Part shown: positions 29,913 through 39,499 of the stretch, one piece after another
Layout of the letters: each line of letters begins with the position of its first letter
Numbering within the stretch: the stretch's first letter is position 1
Assembly (NCBI GenBank): GCA_963787445.1
Contig: CAWBCT010000005.1
Span: forward strand, 576,001-640,000
Direction of reading: 5' to 3'
DNA length: 64,000 nucleotides
Source of the DNA: an uncultured archaeon
GTDB taxonomy: Archaea; Micrarchaeota; Micrarchaeia; Micrarchaeales; CABMGC01
The notes under the pieces: model-generated
What the model was told of the DNA's origin: nothing
What the model saw: the letters and a program-made list of their open reading frames with translations, nothing else
Database searches by the model: none
Made by a program: the position numbers and the translations under genes

Positions 29913-31328
29913 ATGGCCGATCAAAAAACAGCCGCTAGCGTAGTTCAATCCGAGGAGTACAAGGAGAGGTACGGATTCAACGTCAACGTCGAGTACGACG
30001 ACTTCGAGAAGGGCCTTTCCGAGAAGGTTGTGCGCAAGATCTCCGAGATAAAGGGCGAACCGGACTGGATGCTCGAGAAGCGCCTGACTGCGCTGAAGAT
30101 ATTCTACAGCAAGCCGATGCCCAAGTGGGGTGCGGACCTTAGCGGCATAAATTTTGATGATATCTGGTACTACAGGAACCCGAAGCACGTGAAGGCGAAC
30201 AAGTGGGAGGACGTTCCTGAGGACATAAAGAAGACCTTTGAGAAACTCGGAGTCCCGGAGGCGGAGAGGAAGTTCTTTGCCGGCGCCGAGTCGCAATTCG
30301 ACTCTTCGGTGGTTTACTCCCACGTAAACAAGGAGCTCGAGAGGCTTGGGATAATATTCGTAGACACCGACACTGCGGTAAAGAAGTATCCTGAACTGGT
30401 GAAGAAATACTTCGGGACAGTGATTCCCTCCACAGACAACAAATTCGCAGCCCTAAACACCGCAACCTGGTCTGGTGGTTCGTTCATTTACATTCCAAAA
30501 GGCGTCAAGGCAACAATGCCGCTTAATGCCTACTTCAGAATCAACGCAAACAACTCCGGCCAGTTCGAAAGAACCTTAATAATCGCGGATGAAGGAGCCG
30601 ACGTTACGTACATCGAAGGTTGCACTTCGCCAGTCTACTCGGCAAACTCGCTTCATTCAGCGATAGTCGAGCTTGTGGCGATGAAAGATGCGCACATACG
30701 ATACGTCACAATACAAAACTGGTCAAAGAACATTTACAATCTTGTTACGCAACGCGCGCATGTAGGGGAGAACGGGCGCGTTGAATGGATCGACGCCAAC
30801 ATAGGCAGCAAGATCAACATGAAATATCCCTCAATATACTTGATGGGCAAGGGTGCGAGCGGAGAGGTCCTCTCAGTCGCGGTCGCCGGAGATGGGCAGG
30901 TGCAAGACTCAGGCGGCAAGATATATCACCTAGCCCCCAATACAACCTCAAAGATAATTTCAAAGAGCGTCTCTAAGGGCAGCGGAGTCAGCACCTTTAG
31001 AGGGTTGCTGCACGTGGCAAAGAACGCCGCCAATTCAAAGTCGCACGTCTCGTGCGACGCGCTCCTGCTCGACGGCTTCGCAAAGACCAACACCTATCCT
31101 TACAACCAGATAAACCGCAGCGATGCAATCATCAGCCACGAGGCCAAGATCGGCAAGATAAGCGATGAGATGATCTTCTACATGATGTCGCGCGGCATAC
31201 CTGAGGAAGATGCAGTTGCCATGATTGTGCTCGGCTTCATAGACGACCTCACGAAAGTGCTCCCCATGGAATACTCGCTTGAGCTAAAGCGCCTGATAAA
31301 GCTGGACACGACGGGCGGAGTGGGCTAA
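29913..31328 (+). CDS. sufB: Fe-S cluster assembly protein SufB
   Basis: KGEPDWML, DNKFAALN, WSGGSFIYIPKGV, GQFERTLII, YIEGC, TIQNWS, CDALL, HEAKIGKI. Confidence 0.96.
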   Translation: MADQKTAASVVQSEEYKERYGFNVNVEYDDFEKGLSEKVVRKISEIKGEPDWMLEKRLTALKIFYSKPMPKWGADLSGINFDDIWYYRNPKHVKANKWEDVPEDIKKTFEKLGVPEAERKFFAGAESQFDSSVVYSHVNKELERLGIIFVDTDTAVKKYPELVKKYFGTVIPSTDNKFAALNTATWSGGSFIYIPKGVKATMPLNAYFRINANNSGQFERTLIIADEGADVTYIEGCTSPVYSANSLHSAIVELVAMKDAHIRYVTIQNWSKNIYNLVTQRAHVGENGRVEWIDANIGSKINMKYPSIYLMGKGASGEVLSVAVAGDGQVQDSGGKIYHLAPNTTSKIISKSVSKGSGVSTFRGLLHVAKNAANSKSHVSCDALLLDGFAKTNTYPYNQINRSDAIISHEAKIGKISDEMIFYMMSRGIPEEDAVAMIVLGFIDDLTKVLPMEYSLELKRLIKLDTTGGVG

Positions 31329-31343
31329 ACCGCGGTGAATTGA

Positions 31344-32591
31344 TTGAAGGACTACGGCGAGTTTAAAGAGGATGCGCTACAGCAGTACGCTAGCCTTCCG
31401 GACGAGCTCAACGAGCTTTACACGCGCTATTACCAGCCCATCAAGCTTCCGGAGCCTGATTCACTGAACGCCGCCGCAGCCCCCGCCTCTGCAAAGAAGG
31501 TCGAGGCTCTTGTCGCATCCATAGAGAAGAAGACCCGGATAAACTTTGACCTTGTCTTCTCAGACTCGTTCGTGCGCAACAACACCGATTTCATACAGCT
31601 AAAGAAGGTAAGCGAGCTTGGCGAGCTGCTCGGGCGCAAGATCTACAAGAGCCAGAACAACAAGCTTGCCGCATTCGTAAATGCGTACTCAACCGATGCA
31701 ATACTCGTGAAGCTCAAGAAGGGCGAGAAGAGGAGCGTAAATGTGCTCTTCATAAACGACTCAAACCTGCTGTTCCAGGGCATCTTCGAGGTAGGGGAAG
31801 GCGCAAGCCTCACTATTTCGGAGCTTTTTGCCTCAACCGCCGTTTCCGAGTCGCTTGTTGCGCCGCTTCAGGAGTTCCACCTGGGCCAGGACGCCCACCT
31901 GGAGCTGAACCTGATAGGCGACTGCAATGAGCAGACCACTTTACTTAATCTATCTAAAGGCGTCCTCGGCGAGAACGCCAAGGCCCACGTGAACTTTGTG
32001 TACAACGGAGCAGTGCTCACCAAGGCGATAAGCTTCTTTGACGCCCAAGGCCCCGGCAGCAGCATCGAGGCGTCGGAGATAGCCTACGGCACACGAAACC
32101 AGAGATTTGACATAAACACCTACGTGCTCAATGCAAAGGAGCACACCAACACGCATCTTGAGACCGGAGCGGTTCTGGATGGAAATTCGTACTGTGTGTT
32201 GAAGGGTTACGCAAAGGTGGACAAGTGGACCAAGGGCGCGGTATCCAGAGTCAATGAGCGCGGCATCATAATCAGCGACAAGGCACACATAGACGCGCTT
32301 CCCGACATGTCGATAGACTACAGCGACCAGGTCTCCGCCACGCACAGCGCGGCAACCTCTCCCATAGACCGGGAGGCGCTGTTCTACATGACCTCCCGCG
32401 GGCTTGAGGAGTCGACCGCGAGGAAGATGTTCGTCTCCTCTTTTATCTCAAAGTACCTCTCCTACATACAGAGCCCCTTCGCAAGGGAGCTTGCATCATC
32501 GATCATGCTCAGCAGGCTGGAGAACGACGCGTTCGGCATCATGAAAGACGTTACGCCGAAAGGCATATGGCTGGCCACATCTACAGAGTGA
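31344..32591 (+). CDS. sufD: Fe-S cluster assembly protein SufD
   Basis: Beta-helix SufBD fold; ALPDMSI, SATHSAAT, LFYMTSRG; TTG start. Confidence 0.85.
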   Translation: MKDYGEFKEDALQQYASLPDELNELYTRYYQPIKLPEPDSLNAAAAPASAKKVEALVASIEKKTRINFDLVFSDSFVRNNTDFIQLKKVSELGELLGRKIYKSQNNKLAAFVNAYSTDAILVKLKKGEKRSVNVLFINDSNLLFQGIFEVGEGASLTISELFASTAVSESLVAPLQEFHLGQDAHLELNLIGDCNEQTTLLNLSKGVLGENAKAHVNFVYNGAVLTKAISFFDAQGPGSSIEASEIAYGTRNQRFDINTYVLNAKEHTNTHLETGAVLDGNSYCVLKGYAKVDKWTKGAVSRVNERGIIISDKAHIDALPDMSIDYSDQVSATHSAATSPIDREALFYMTSRGLEESTARKMFVSSFISKYLSYIQSPFARELASSIMLSRLENDAFGIMKDVTPKGIWLATSTE

Positions 32592-32595
32592 TAAT

Positions 32596-33321
32596 ATGAA
32601 ACTTGAAATAAAGAACCTGCACGTATCCATTGATGACAAGGAAGTGGTAAAGGGAGTGGACCTCACGATAAACGAGGGAGAGCTGCACGTCATTATGGGC
32701 CCCAACGGCTCTGGAAAGACAACGCTGGCGAAGACGATAATGGGTCATCCGCAGCTGATGATTACCAAAGGCGACATCCTTGTGGATGGAAAGAGCATAA
32801 AGGAGATGAAGCCCAACGAGCGCGCAAGGCTCGGGATCTTCCTGCAGTTCCAGAACCCGATAGAGATAGAAGGACTTGGCCTTCTCAACTTCCTAAACTC
32901 CGCAAGAGGGGCAATCACCGACAAGCCGCTTCAGTTTAAGGAGTTCATGAGCGAGGTGAAGAACACCTCGAAGGATCTGGCACTCAAGGAAGAGCTGATC
33001 GGCAGGTCGCTCAACCACGGCTTCTCCGGAGGGGAGAAGAAGAAGGTCGAGATACTGCAGATGCACGTGCTGAAGCCGAAGCTTGCCATACTGGACGAGC
33101 CCGACTCGGGCCTTGACATAGACGCCCTCAGGATAGTGGCCCAGAACGTGGAAGCGATGAGAAGGGAGAAGAAGATGAGCCTGCTCGTGATAACGCACTA
33201 CAGCCGCATACTCAATTACATGGAGCCCCAGTTCATCCACGTGATGAAGGACGGGAAGATAGTCAAGGAGGGCGGGAAGGAGCTCATCAATGAGGTTGAG
33301 AGCAAGGGGTATAACATATAG
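32596..33321 (+). CDS. sufC: Fe-S cluster assembly ATPase SufC
   Basis: IMGPNGSGKTTL, FSGGEKKK, LDEPDSGLDIDAL, ITHY. Confidence 0.96.
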   Translation: MKLEIKNLHVSIDDKEVVKGVDLTINEGELHVIMGPNGSGKTTLAKTIMGHPQLMITKGDILVDGKSIKEMKPNERARLGIFLQFQNPIEIEGLGLLNFLNSARGAITDKPLQFKEFMSEVKNTSKDLALKEELIGRSLNHGFSGGEKKKVEILQMHVLKPKLAILDEPDSGLDIDALRIVAQNVEAMRREKKMSLLVITHYSRILNYMEPQFIHVMKDGKIVKEGGKELINEVESKGYNI

Positions 33322-33347
33322 CTCACCCTAATCCCTATGGTGCAAAA

Positions 33348-33527
33348 ATGGAAAACAAGGAGTTCAAGAGAATCTGGGAAAAAGAGGGCAAGAGACTTTT
33401 TGCATTAGAACAGAAGAAAGGAACCATAAAATGCGCCCCAGATACACAAAAGAAAATAGCCAAGGAGGAGCCGAGGCATTCATTTCCTACTAAGCGTAAA
33501 AACACCGCCTTCAGCGGAATGTTTTAG
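33348..33527 (+). CDS. 59-aa basic hypothetical protein inside the suf operon (not in ORF track)
   Basis: MENKEFKRIWEKEGKRLFALEQKKGTIKCAPD...GMF fills the sufC-sufS gap; GGTG SD-like motif upstream. Confidence 0.5.
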   Translation: MENKEFKRIWEKEGKRLFALEQKKGTIKCAPDTQKKIAKEEPRHSFPTKRKNTAFSGMF

Positions 33528-33535
33528 TGAAAGAT

Positions 33536-34786
33536 ATGGCGTTTGATGTCGATAAAATAAGAAAAGATTTCCCCATTTTGTCTACCAAGACGAATGGCGG
33601 CAAGCCCCTGATTTATCTCGACAGCGCAGCCACATCACAGAAGCCAATCCAGGTAATAAAAACCGTTTGCGACTACTACAAGACCTACAACGCGAACATA
33701 CACCGCGGGCTCTACGATCTTTCTCTTAGGTCCACCGAAGCCTACGAGGACTCGAAGAAGGCGGTGGCCAAGTTCATCAACGCCGAGTCCTACCGCGACA
33801 TACTGTACGGCAGGAACACGACCGAGGCGATAAACATTGTTGCACTCTCGTGGGGGGAGGCGAACCTAAAGAAAAATGACCATATCCTAATTACCCAGAT
33901 GGAGCACCACAGCAACATCGTGCCCTGGCAACTGCTCGCGAAGAAGAAGGGTGCGGTTCTTGACTACGTTGAGGTAAAGAACGGAGCTCTTGACATGGAA
34001 AGTTTCAAGAAGCAGCTAGAGAAGAAGCCCGAGCTTGTCGCATTCACCCACGTGTCCAACGTGCTGGGCACGATAAACGATGTAAAGGAGCTCACAAGAA
34101 TTGCACACAGACATGGAGCGACCGTTCTAATCGATGGGGCGCAGTCGGTCCCCCACATGCCCGTGGACGTAAGGTCGCTGGACTGCGACTTCTTCGCATT
34201 CTCGAGCCACAAGATGCTCGGACCGGCGGGAGTGGGCGTGCTGTATGGCAAGGACGAGCTGCTGGAAGCGATGGAACCTGTCTACGGAGGCGGGGACATG
34301 ATCCGTAGCGTAGGCTTCCAGGAAAGCACCTGGAACGAGCTGCCCTGGAAGTTCGAGTCGGGCACGCCGAATATAGAAGGAGCCATAGGACTGGGTGCAG
34401 CAGTAGACTACCTCGACAAAACTAGCATCCGCAGCATAAGAAGCCACGAAATCAAGCTCACCAGGTATGCATTGAACAGGCTTGAGGAGACCAGGGGTGT
34501 AACCGTCTACGGGATAGGTTCCAAAGCGATGACCGACTCGAACAGGGGCGGTGCGATATCATTCAACATAAAGGGAGCACACCCGCACGATGTCTCCTCC
34601 ATTTTCAACAGCCAGGGCATAGCCATAAGGGCCGGCCACCACTGCGCAATGCCTCTCGTGAACCTGGTGCTGAAGGAACCCGCAGTAGCAAGGATGAGTT
34701 TCTACCTGTACAATGAGGAAGAGGAGGTGGATAGGGCGGTAGAGGCCGTTGAAACGGTAAGAAAAGTACTAAGGATAAAGAGTTAG
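33536..34786 (+). CDS. sufS: Cysteine desulfurase SufS
   Basis: YLDSAATSQKP, MEHHSNIVPW, DGAQ, SSHKMLGP, RAGHHCA. Confidence 0.96.
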   Translation: MAFDVDKIRKDFPILSTKTNGGKPLIYLDSAATSQKPIQVIKTVCDYYKTYNANIHRGLYDLSLRSTEAYEDSKKAVAKFINAESYRDILYGRNTTEAINIVALSWGEANLKKNDHILITQMEHHSNIVPWQLLAKKKGAVLDYVEVKNGALDMESFKKQLEKKPELVAFTHVSNVLGTINDVKELTRIAHRHGATVLIDGAQSVPHMPVDVRSLDCDFFAFSSHKMLGPAGVGVLYGKDELLEAMEPVYGGGDMIRSVGFQESTWNELPWKFESGTPNIEGAIGLGAAVDYLDKTSIRSIRSHEIKLTRYALNRLEETRGVTVYGIGSKAMTDSNRGGAISFNIKGAHPHDVSSIFNSQGIAIRAGHHCAMPLVNLVLKEPAVARMSFYLYNEEEEVDRAVEAVETVRKVLRIKS

Positions 34787-34789
34787 TTC

Positions 34790-35467
34790 CTAACCCTTAT
34801 AGAATCTTGACAAAACAGCGTCAGCTAGAATGTCCAAAGTGTCTATCTTGTTGATTTTGCTGTTCTCCAGCATTAAGGATATTTCAGTGCAACCCAGCAC
34901 TACAAGCTCTGCGCCCTCACCGATCTTTCTATTGGCTATCTCATCTACTCGGCGTATCTGCTCCTCTCTCGCAATGCCGGAATTAAATTTGAATATCGAG
35001 TCCGAGAGGGTCTCTTGCTCGTGCTTCGAGAGCTCCAGATATTTTATCCCGCTCACCTTGAAGAGTCCGCTGTTTATGGTTGAAGGAGTTGCAAGTACGG
35101 TTATGGTTCCTACCTTCTTCTCGTTTATGAAAGCCCCAAACTCTTTCTTGAGGTCTACGATCGGGACGTTCACCGATTTCTGCAGTATGTCGTAATAGGA
35201 ATGTATCGTGTTGCAGACCATCGCGATAAAGTCAACCCTATTCCCTTCGAGCTCCTTGAGCCCCTCTATGTAGGGCTGGAGCTCCTTCTTTGAGATGTTG
35301 TGGTAAACCAGCTCGGGAGCGGGGATGCTGTTTATTATGAACTGCGGGAAATCCGCGTTTGACTTCACTCTTCCGCTGTCCTGCAGTTTTTTGATAAGGC
35401 GCAGGTAAAACGTGCCCGTGGCCTCCGGTCCAATCCCTCCAAGCAAGCCAATTTTACGTTGCATCAT
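34790..35467 (-). CDS. Aspartate/glutamate-type (two-Cys) amino-acid racemase
   Basis: IGLLGGIGPEAT, VCNTIH and LGCTEI catalytic Cys motifs. Confidence 0.88.
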   Translation of the reverse strand: MMQRKIGLLGGIGPEATGTFYLRLIKKLQDSGRVKSNADFPQFIINSIPAPELVYHNISKKELQPYIEGLKELEGNRVDFIAMVCNTIHSYYDILQKSVNVPIVDLKKEFGAFINEKKVGTITVLATPSTINSGLFKVSGIKYLELSKHEQETLSDSIFKFNSGIAREEQIRRVDEIANRKIGEGAELVVLGCTEISLMLENSKINKIDTLDILADAVLSRFYKG

Positions 35468-35807
35468 ATCACTCTGCTAAGAAACTCAATCTCCTTTTGA
35501 AAGTTTAGGAATAGGTTTCCGTCCATTTGGCAACAGCGCAAGCTACGCAAGAGCCTAAGGGCTCTCAGCTGCCAACCGCATTCCACTGGAACGGCATCGC
35601 CATCAATTCCTATTAATAAAATCAAATATATAAAACATTTGGTTAGACGAATCGGCCGCACCCTCGTCACCGGTTTCCCTTTTATTCTGCCCTGCGAGCA
35701 CAGAGAACTGGAAAAGCTTAAATATCTCTGAATATATCCTATTTAAGGGGAATGTAAAAGTGCCTGAGGTAGTCCGCCGGTGAGTGGGCAGCTCAGAGGT
35801 AGTTCTC

Positions 35808-37271
35808 ATGAACAAAATTCCGACAAAACCTGGCAAATACGCTGCGAATGGAAGGAGATGGGTAGGGGTAGCCTCATTTGAGGATAGGAAGAAGCCTGCA
35901 GAGGCCTCGATACCCAAGGTGGTTGTGACCCCGAACGGCAATGCGATACTTTTTGAACGCCTTGCGAACGCCGTTAGGACAGGACCTGTCGGAAACGAGG
36001 CAGTGCTTTACGATAACGTAGGGGACCCTGTCCCTGAACAGCTATATTCTACTTTAGGAAACTATTCTGGCAAGCCACTGATAGTCACCAACCATAGGTT
36101 CGACAGCCTGAGGAATTATTCAGGAATGGCAGAGTACCTTGCGCATCCAGAGACCTTTGGAATAGCATCGGGCAGGAAGCCCAGCGGCCCGTGCCACTTC
36201 GGCCACAGGCTGGTGATAGACACCACAAGCTTCTTCCAGAGGAACAAGGTCCAGGTCTTTGTCCCGATAGCGGACAGCGAGGCCAGCCTTGACCGGAAGA
36301 TCAAGAACAAGGCACAATACGAATACTTCATAGCAGACAACCTCCTGGACTGGGGTGCATCGGGTCTCGACCTTGATGCCGCGCACATCTATCTCCAATC
36401 GGAGGAGATGCGCGTGATGAACATAGGCTACGCGATGGCGCGTGGACTGGACCTGCCAGTAACTGTGGACGTTTATGGCAGGGACACTCTTGCTGACGAG
36501 ATGAACTACCTTTTCGCAAGCATCGCCCAGGTGGGAGACATACTGCTTCCGCAGCACCCGGACTTCGGGAAGAAGCACTCCTTCATGCTCTCCGGCGCCG
36601 ATCAGGACGGGAACATGAAGATGACCATGGAACTAGCGTCCAGAGCCATGAGCGGCAAGGTGAGCGAATATGTCAGCACCGCGCCTTCTTCGTTATACAT
36701 AACCTCCATCTCGAATCTTGAGGGTAAGAAGGAGAGCGCAAGCGAGCCCGACACAACGCTCTACCTGGGGCCTTCAAGGAGCCTATACCAGAAGACCGAG
36801 CAGGGCAAGATACTTGAAAGGATAGATAACCTGACGCTCTCTGATAGAATGCTCGACACTGATGAAAAGATTGACGGGTTTACCAAGAAAGACAAGGAAA
36901 AGGTGCTTGACGCCATCCGCAGGAGGCAGACGGTGTTTTCCGAATTTGCAGTAGATGATCTCAGCATAGATGGATTTAAGAGCATCATGAAAGAGGTACT
37001 CACTGCCCATCAAGAGAGGAGGAAAGAGGTCTATGAGTACGCGCTGTCAAGAGCTTTCCGGGACGCCGTTTCGAAACAAGACGCCAGAACAGCAGAAGCA
37101 GTGGTGGCCAATGGCATGCAAGTTCTGCCGGGTTTCAATGCAAGCAGAGTAAAAAGCAGCCCCTCTTTCTGGGAGACCCCAAATGAGGCATACATCCCTG
37201 AAGATAAGCGCAATGTCAGGACCCGATGGTTCAACATGGTCGCACGGATGGCAGGCCAGATAATGCCTTGA
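35808..37271 (+). CDS. Divergent TrpRS paralog A (N- and C-terminal extensions)
   Basis: SGRKPSGPCHFGH (HIGH), PIADSEA, YLQS, AQVGDILLPQH, GADQD; the KMSKS equivalent is KKESAS. Confidence 0.75.
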   Translation: MNKIPTKPGKYAANGRRWVGVASFEDRKKPAEASIPKVVVTPNGNAILFERLANAVRTGPVGNEAVLYDNVGDPVPEQLYSTLGNYSGKPLIVTNHRFDSLRNYSGMAEYLAHPETFGIASGRKPSGPCHFGHRLVIDTTSFFQRNKVQVFVPIADSEASLDRKIKNKAQYEYFIADNLLDWGASGLDLDAAHIYLQSEEMRVMNIGYAMARGLDLPVTVDVYGRDTLADEMNYLFASIAQVGDILLPQHPDFGKKHSFMLSGADQDGNMKMTMELASRAMSGKVSEYVSTAPSSLYITSISNLEGKKESASEPDTTLYLGPSRSLYQKTEQGKILERIDNLTLSDRMLDTDEKIDGFTKKDKEKVLDAIRRRQTVFSEFAVDDLSIDGFKSIMKEVLTAHQERRKEVYEYALSRAFRDAVSKQDARTAEAVVANGMQVLPGFNASRVKSSPSFWETPNEAYIPEDKRNVRTRWFNMVARMAGQIMP

Positions 37272-37283
37272 TGAGGTTTATTC

Positions 37284-38354
37284 ATGGAGTTCAAAACCAA
37301 GACTAACGGCGGCAGGGAAAACAGCGTTAGGCTGACCGATGTATTGAATCAGAATCGCCTGGTGCACACGAGCCCCGGATCGGAGGGCCTTTCTCTAAGG
37401 ATTGAGAAGTGCCAGGCTGAGAAGAGGCCGTTTAGGATGCTATATGGCGAAACCTTCGACGGAAAGGGCAACCCTCTTGACAGCCTGAAGTATTACCTCT
37501 TCGTTAGTGCGCTTTCCAAGGCGATCAAGAGCAGCTATCAGGTTGATGTTGAGTCGACGATTCTGGTCGCAGACCTGGGCGTGTACAGAAACTATCCCGA
37601 GGAGGTCCAGGAGTACAAAAAGTACGCTGCAAGCCGGGAAGCCTTCGCCAGAAAGGTAAAGGAGGTGTACAAGTGCTCCTACGATGTCCGACTGATGAGC
37701 GAGATCTCAGACACGCCGGAGTTCAGACAGAGGTTCGGCAGGGTCAGCGAGATAAGCAACCTCGACGCGGAGCTCATGGGCATGATCCGCAAGAGCGTGC
37801 CAGAGGACAGGCTCGAAGCGGAGGCAAAGCGCGGTTACAAGTATCCATTCGAAGAGATCGCCACAATACTGGGCCTGGACGTGAAGGTCGGGCCGCCGAG
37901 AGAGCAGCTCTATGATGACATAGCGAACTCCATGCTCCCCCACTTCAACGTCAGCCCTCTGCTCCCGATCTATCTCACCCCCACTTATCCGGTCGGCACT
38001 AACTTTGCAGCCTACACGAGCTCTCCTGCAACCAAGCAGTACGGCCTTACGCCCTATAAGGTTGGCAGCAGCGGGATGACCGCCCACAGGATCGTCCTAG
38101 GGGTAACCAGCGTGCAGGAGGCAAAGCGGCTCATAGACGAGACACAGATCTCCTCGTCGGCCACGAAGCCGAACCCGGTTTGCGACATCCTTGTCCTGGC
38201 AGACCTCGCAAGACAGCACCTCGAAGGGGAGTTTGTTCAGAAGGATGTTGCAGACACTCTTGAGCTGTACTATAGAAACAGGATCCGCTCGCACCAGATC
38301 AAAGAGACCGCTTTCACGCATCTGCGCGACCATGTATTAAATTATTTCGGCTGA
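37284..38354 (+). CDS. Class-Ic aaRS-fold (TyrRS/CDPS-like) protein lacking HIGH and KMSKS
   Basis: RPFRMLYG, TILVADL, YPFEEIA and LDVKVGPPREQLYD align with TyrRS/CDPS core strands; ATP-binding motifs are absent. Confidence 0.55.
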   Translation: MEFKTKTNGGRENSVRLTDVLNQNRLVHTSPGSEGLSLRIEKCQAEKRPFRMLYGETFDGKGNPLDSLKYYLFVSALSKAIKSSYQVDVESTILVADLGVYRNYPEEVQEYKKYAASREAFARKVKEVYKCSYDVRLMSEISDTPEFRQRFGRVSEISNLDAELMGMIRKSVPEDRLEAEAKRGYKYPFEEIATILGLDVKVGPPREQLYDDIANSMLPHFNVSPLLPIYLTPTYPVGTNFAAYTSSPATKQYGLTPYKVGSSGMTAHRIVLGVTSVQEAKRLIDETQISSSATKPNPVCDILVLADLARQHLEGEFVQKDVADTLELYYRNRIRSHQIKETAFTHLRDHVLNYFG

Positions 38355-38358
38355 TCCG

Positions 38359-39480
38359 ATGGATGACCAGGAAGGAGCAAATCAAGGGGAACGAGTCGAC
38401 CCATGGGGCAGCGAAGCGTTCACGAACCCGGACCAGGATTTTGCAGATTTCAAGATAGCCAAAATACCCTCCCATGCTCTTGAGTTCTTCAAGGGAAAGA
38501 CCTTCCTGTTCGACCGCGGGTTGATAATCAGGCACAAGGATTTCGAGACCATACTACGGAGGATAGAACTTGGCGAGGATTTCCTGGTGATAAGCGGCTT
38601 TTCAAGCTCCGGGGAGCTCCACTATGGTCATAAGTCAGTCATAGACATTTACAACTTCTTCCGCAAGTTCACAAAGGAGGGGCGATTTGCAATCTGCGAT
38701 CTCGACGCCTATGTCAGCAGGTCGGACGAAAAGATTCCGGACCTTGCCACTGCCAGGAAGTACGCCGTAGACAATGTGGCAGATGCGCTCGCCCTAGGAG
38801 TTCCCGAAGCGGACATACGGGTGCAGAGTAACCAGAGCCTTGACTACCACAACTTCGTGCTTCAAATCTCAAAGAGCCTCTCCTTCAACACCATGAAGGC
38901 GGTGCTCGGACACTCTGACCTGGGCAAATTCACCGCAACATATCTCCAGATAGCTGATATACTGTACCCACAGCTGGAACTGCACGGAGCCCACTCCCTG
39001 GTGCCCGTAGGCATAGACCAAGAACCGATACTAAGCCTGGCCCGGGACGTGGCCAAGAAGCTGAGGAAGAGCCACGGCTTCATCTCACCATCATCCTTGT
39101 ACACCGCACACCTGCCCTCCCTAGTCAATATGAAGGACAAGATGTCAAAGAGCGAGAAAGGCTCGGCACTGCTTCTAAACTCGACAGTGGCGGAGATCGA
39201 CCAGACGATAGCCCACGCGACCACCGGCGGGAGGGACACCCTACAGCAGCAGATCGAGCTAGGAGGCACCCCGGGCAACTGCCCCCTGTATTATCTTCAC
39301 AGGTCAAACAACCCGGATACCGCAGCTGTAGCTGATATCTACAGCAATTGCAAGTCAGGAAAGCTGATGTGCAAGGATGACAAAGCAGCACTGAAGGAGC
39401 TATTCAGGGCCAACGCCGCAGCCCACATCGAAAGAAGGGAGCGATTCATGGAAACCGCAAAGCGGATAGTTGCACGATAA
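38359..39480 (+). CDS. trpS: Archaeal-type tryptophanyl-tRNA synthetase-like protein B
   Basis: VDPWG, SGFSSSGELHYGH, QIADILYPQL, VPVGIDQEP, KMSKS, ATTGGR, ELGGTP, CKSGKLMC. Confidence 0.85.
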   Translation: MDDQEGANQGERVDPWGSEAFTNPDQDFADFKIAKIPSHALEFFKGKTFLFDRGLIIRHKDFETILRRIELGEDFLVISGFSSSGELHYGHKSVIDIYNFFRKFTKEGRFAICDLDAYVSRSDEKIPDLATARKYAVDNVADALALGVPEADIRVQSNQSLDYHNFVLQISKSLSFNTMKAVLGHSDLGKFTATYLQIADILYPQLELHGAHSLVPVGIDQEPILSLARDVAKKLRKSHGFISPSSLYTAHLPSLVNMKDKMSKSEKGSALLLNSTVAEIDQTIAHATTGGRDTLQQQIELGGTPGNCPLYYLHRSNNPDTAAVADIYSNCKSGKLMCKDDKAALKELFRANAAAHIERRERFMETAKRIVAR

Positions 39481-39499
39481 AATATAGAAACGTGATTCT

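Noticed and set aside
35560-35605. Fluoride riboswitch (GGCGATG start on the minus strand)
   Set aside because: Lacks the complementary CGCC and the downstream GCTRATGA...CTAC pseudoknot elements.
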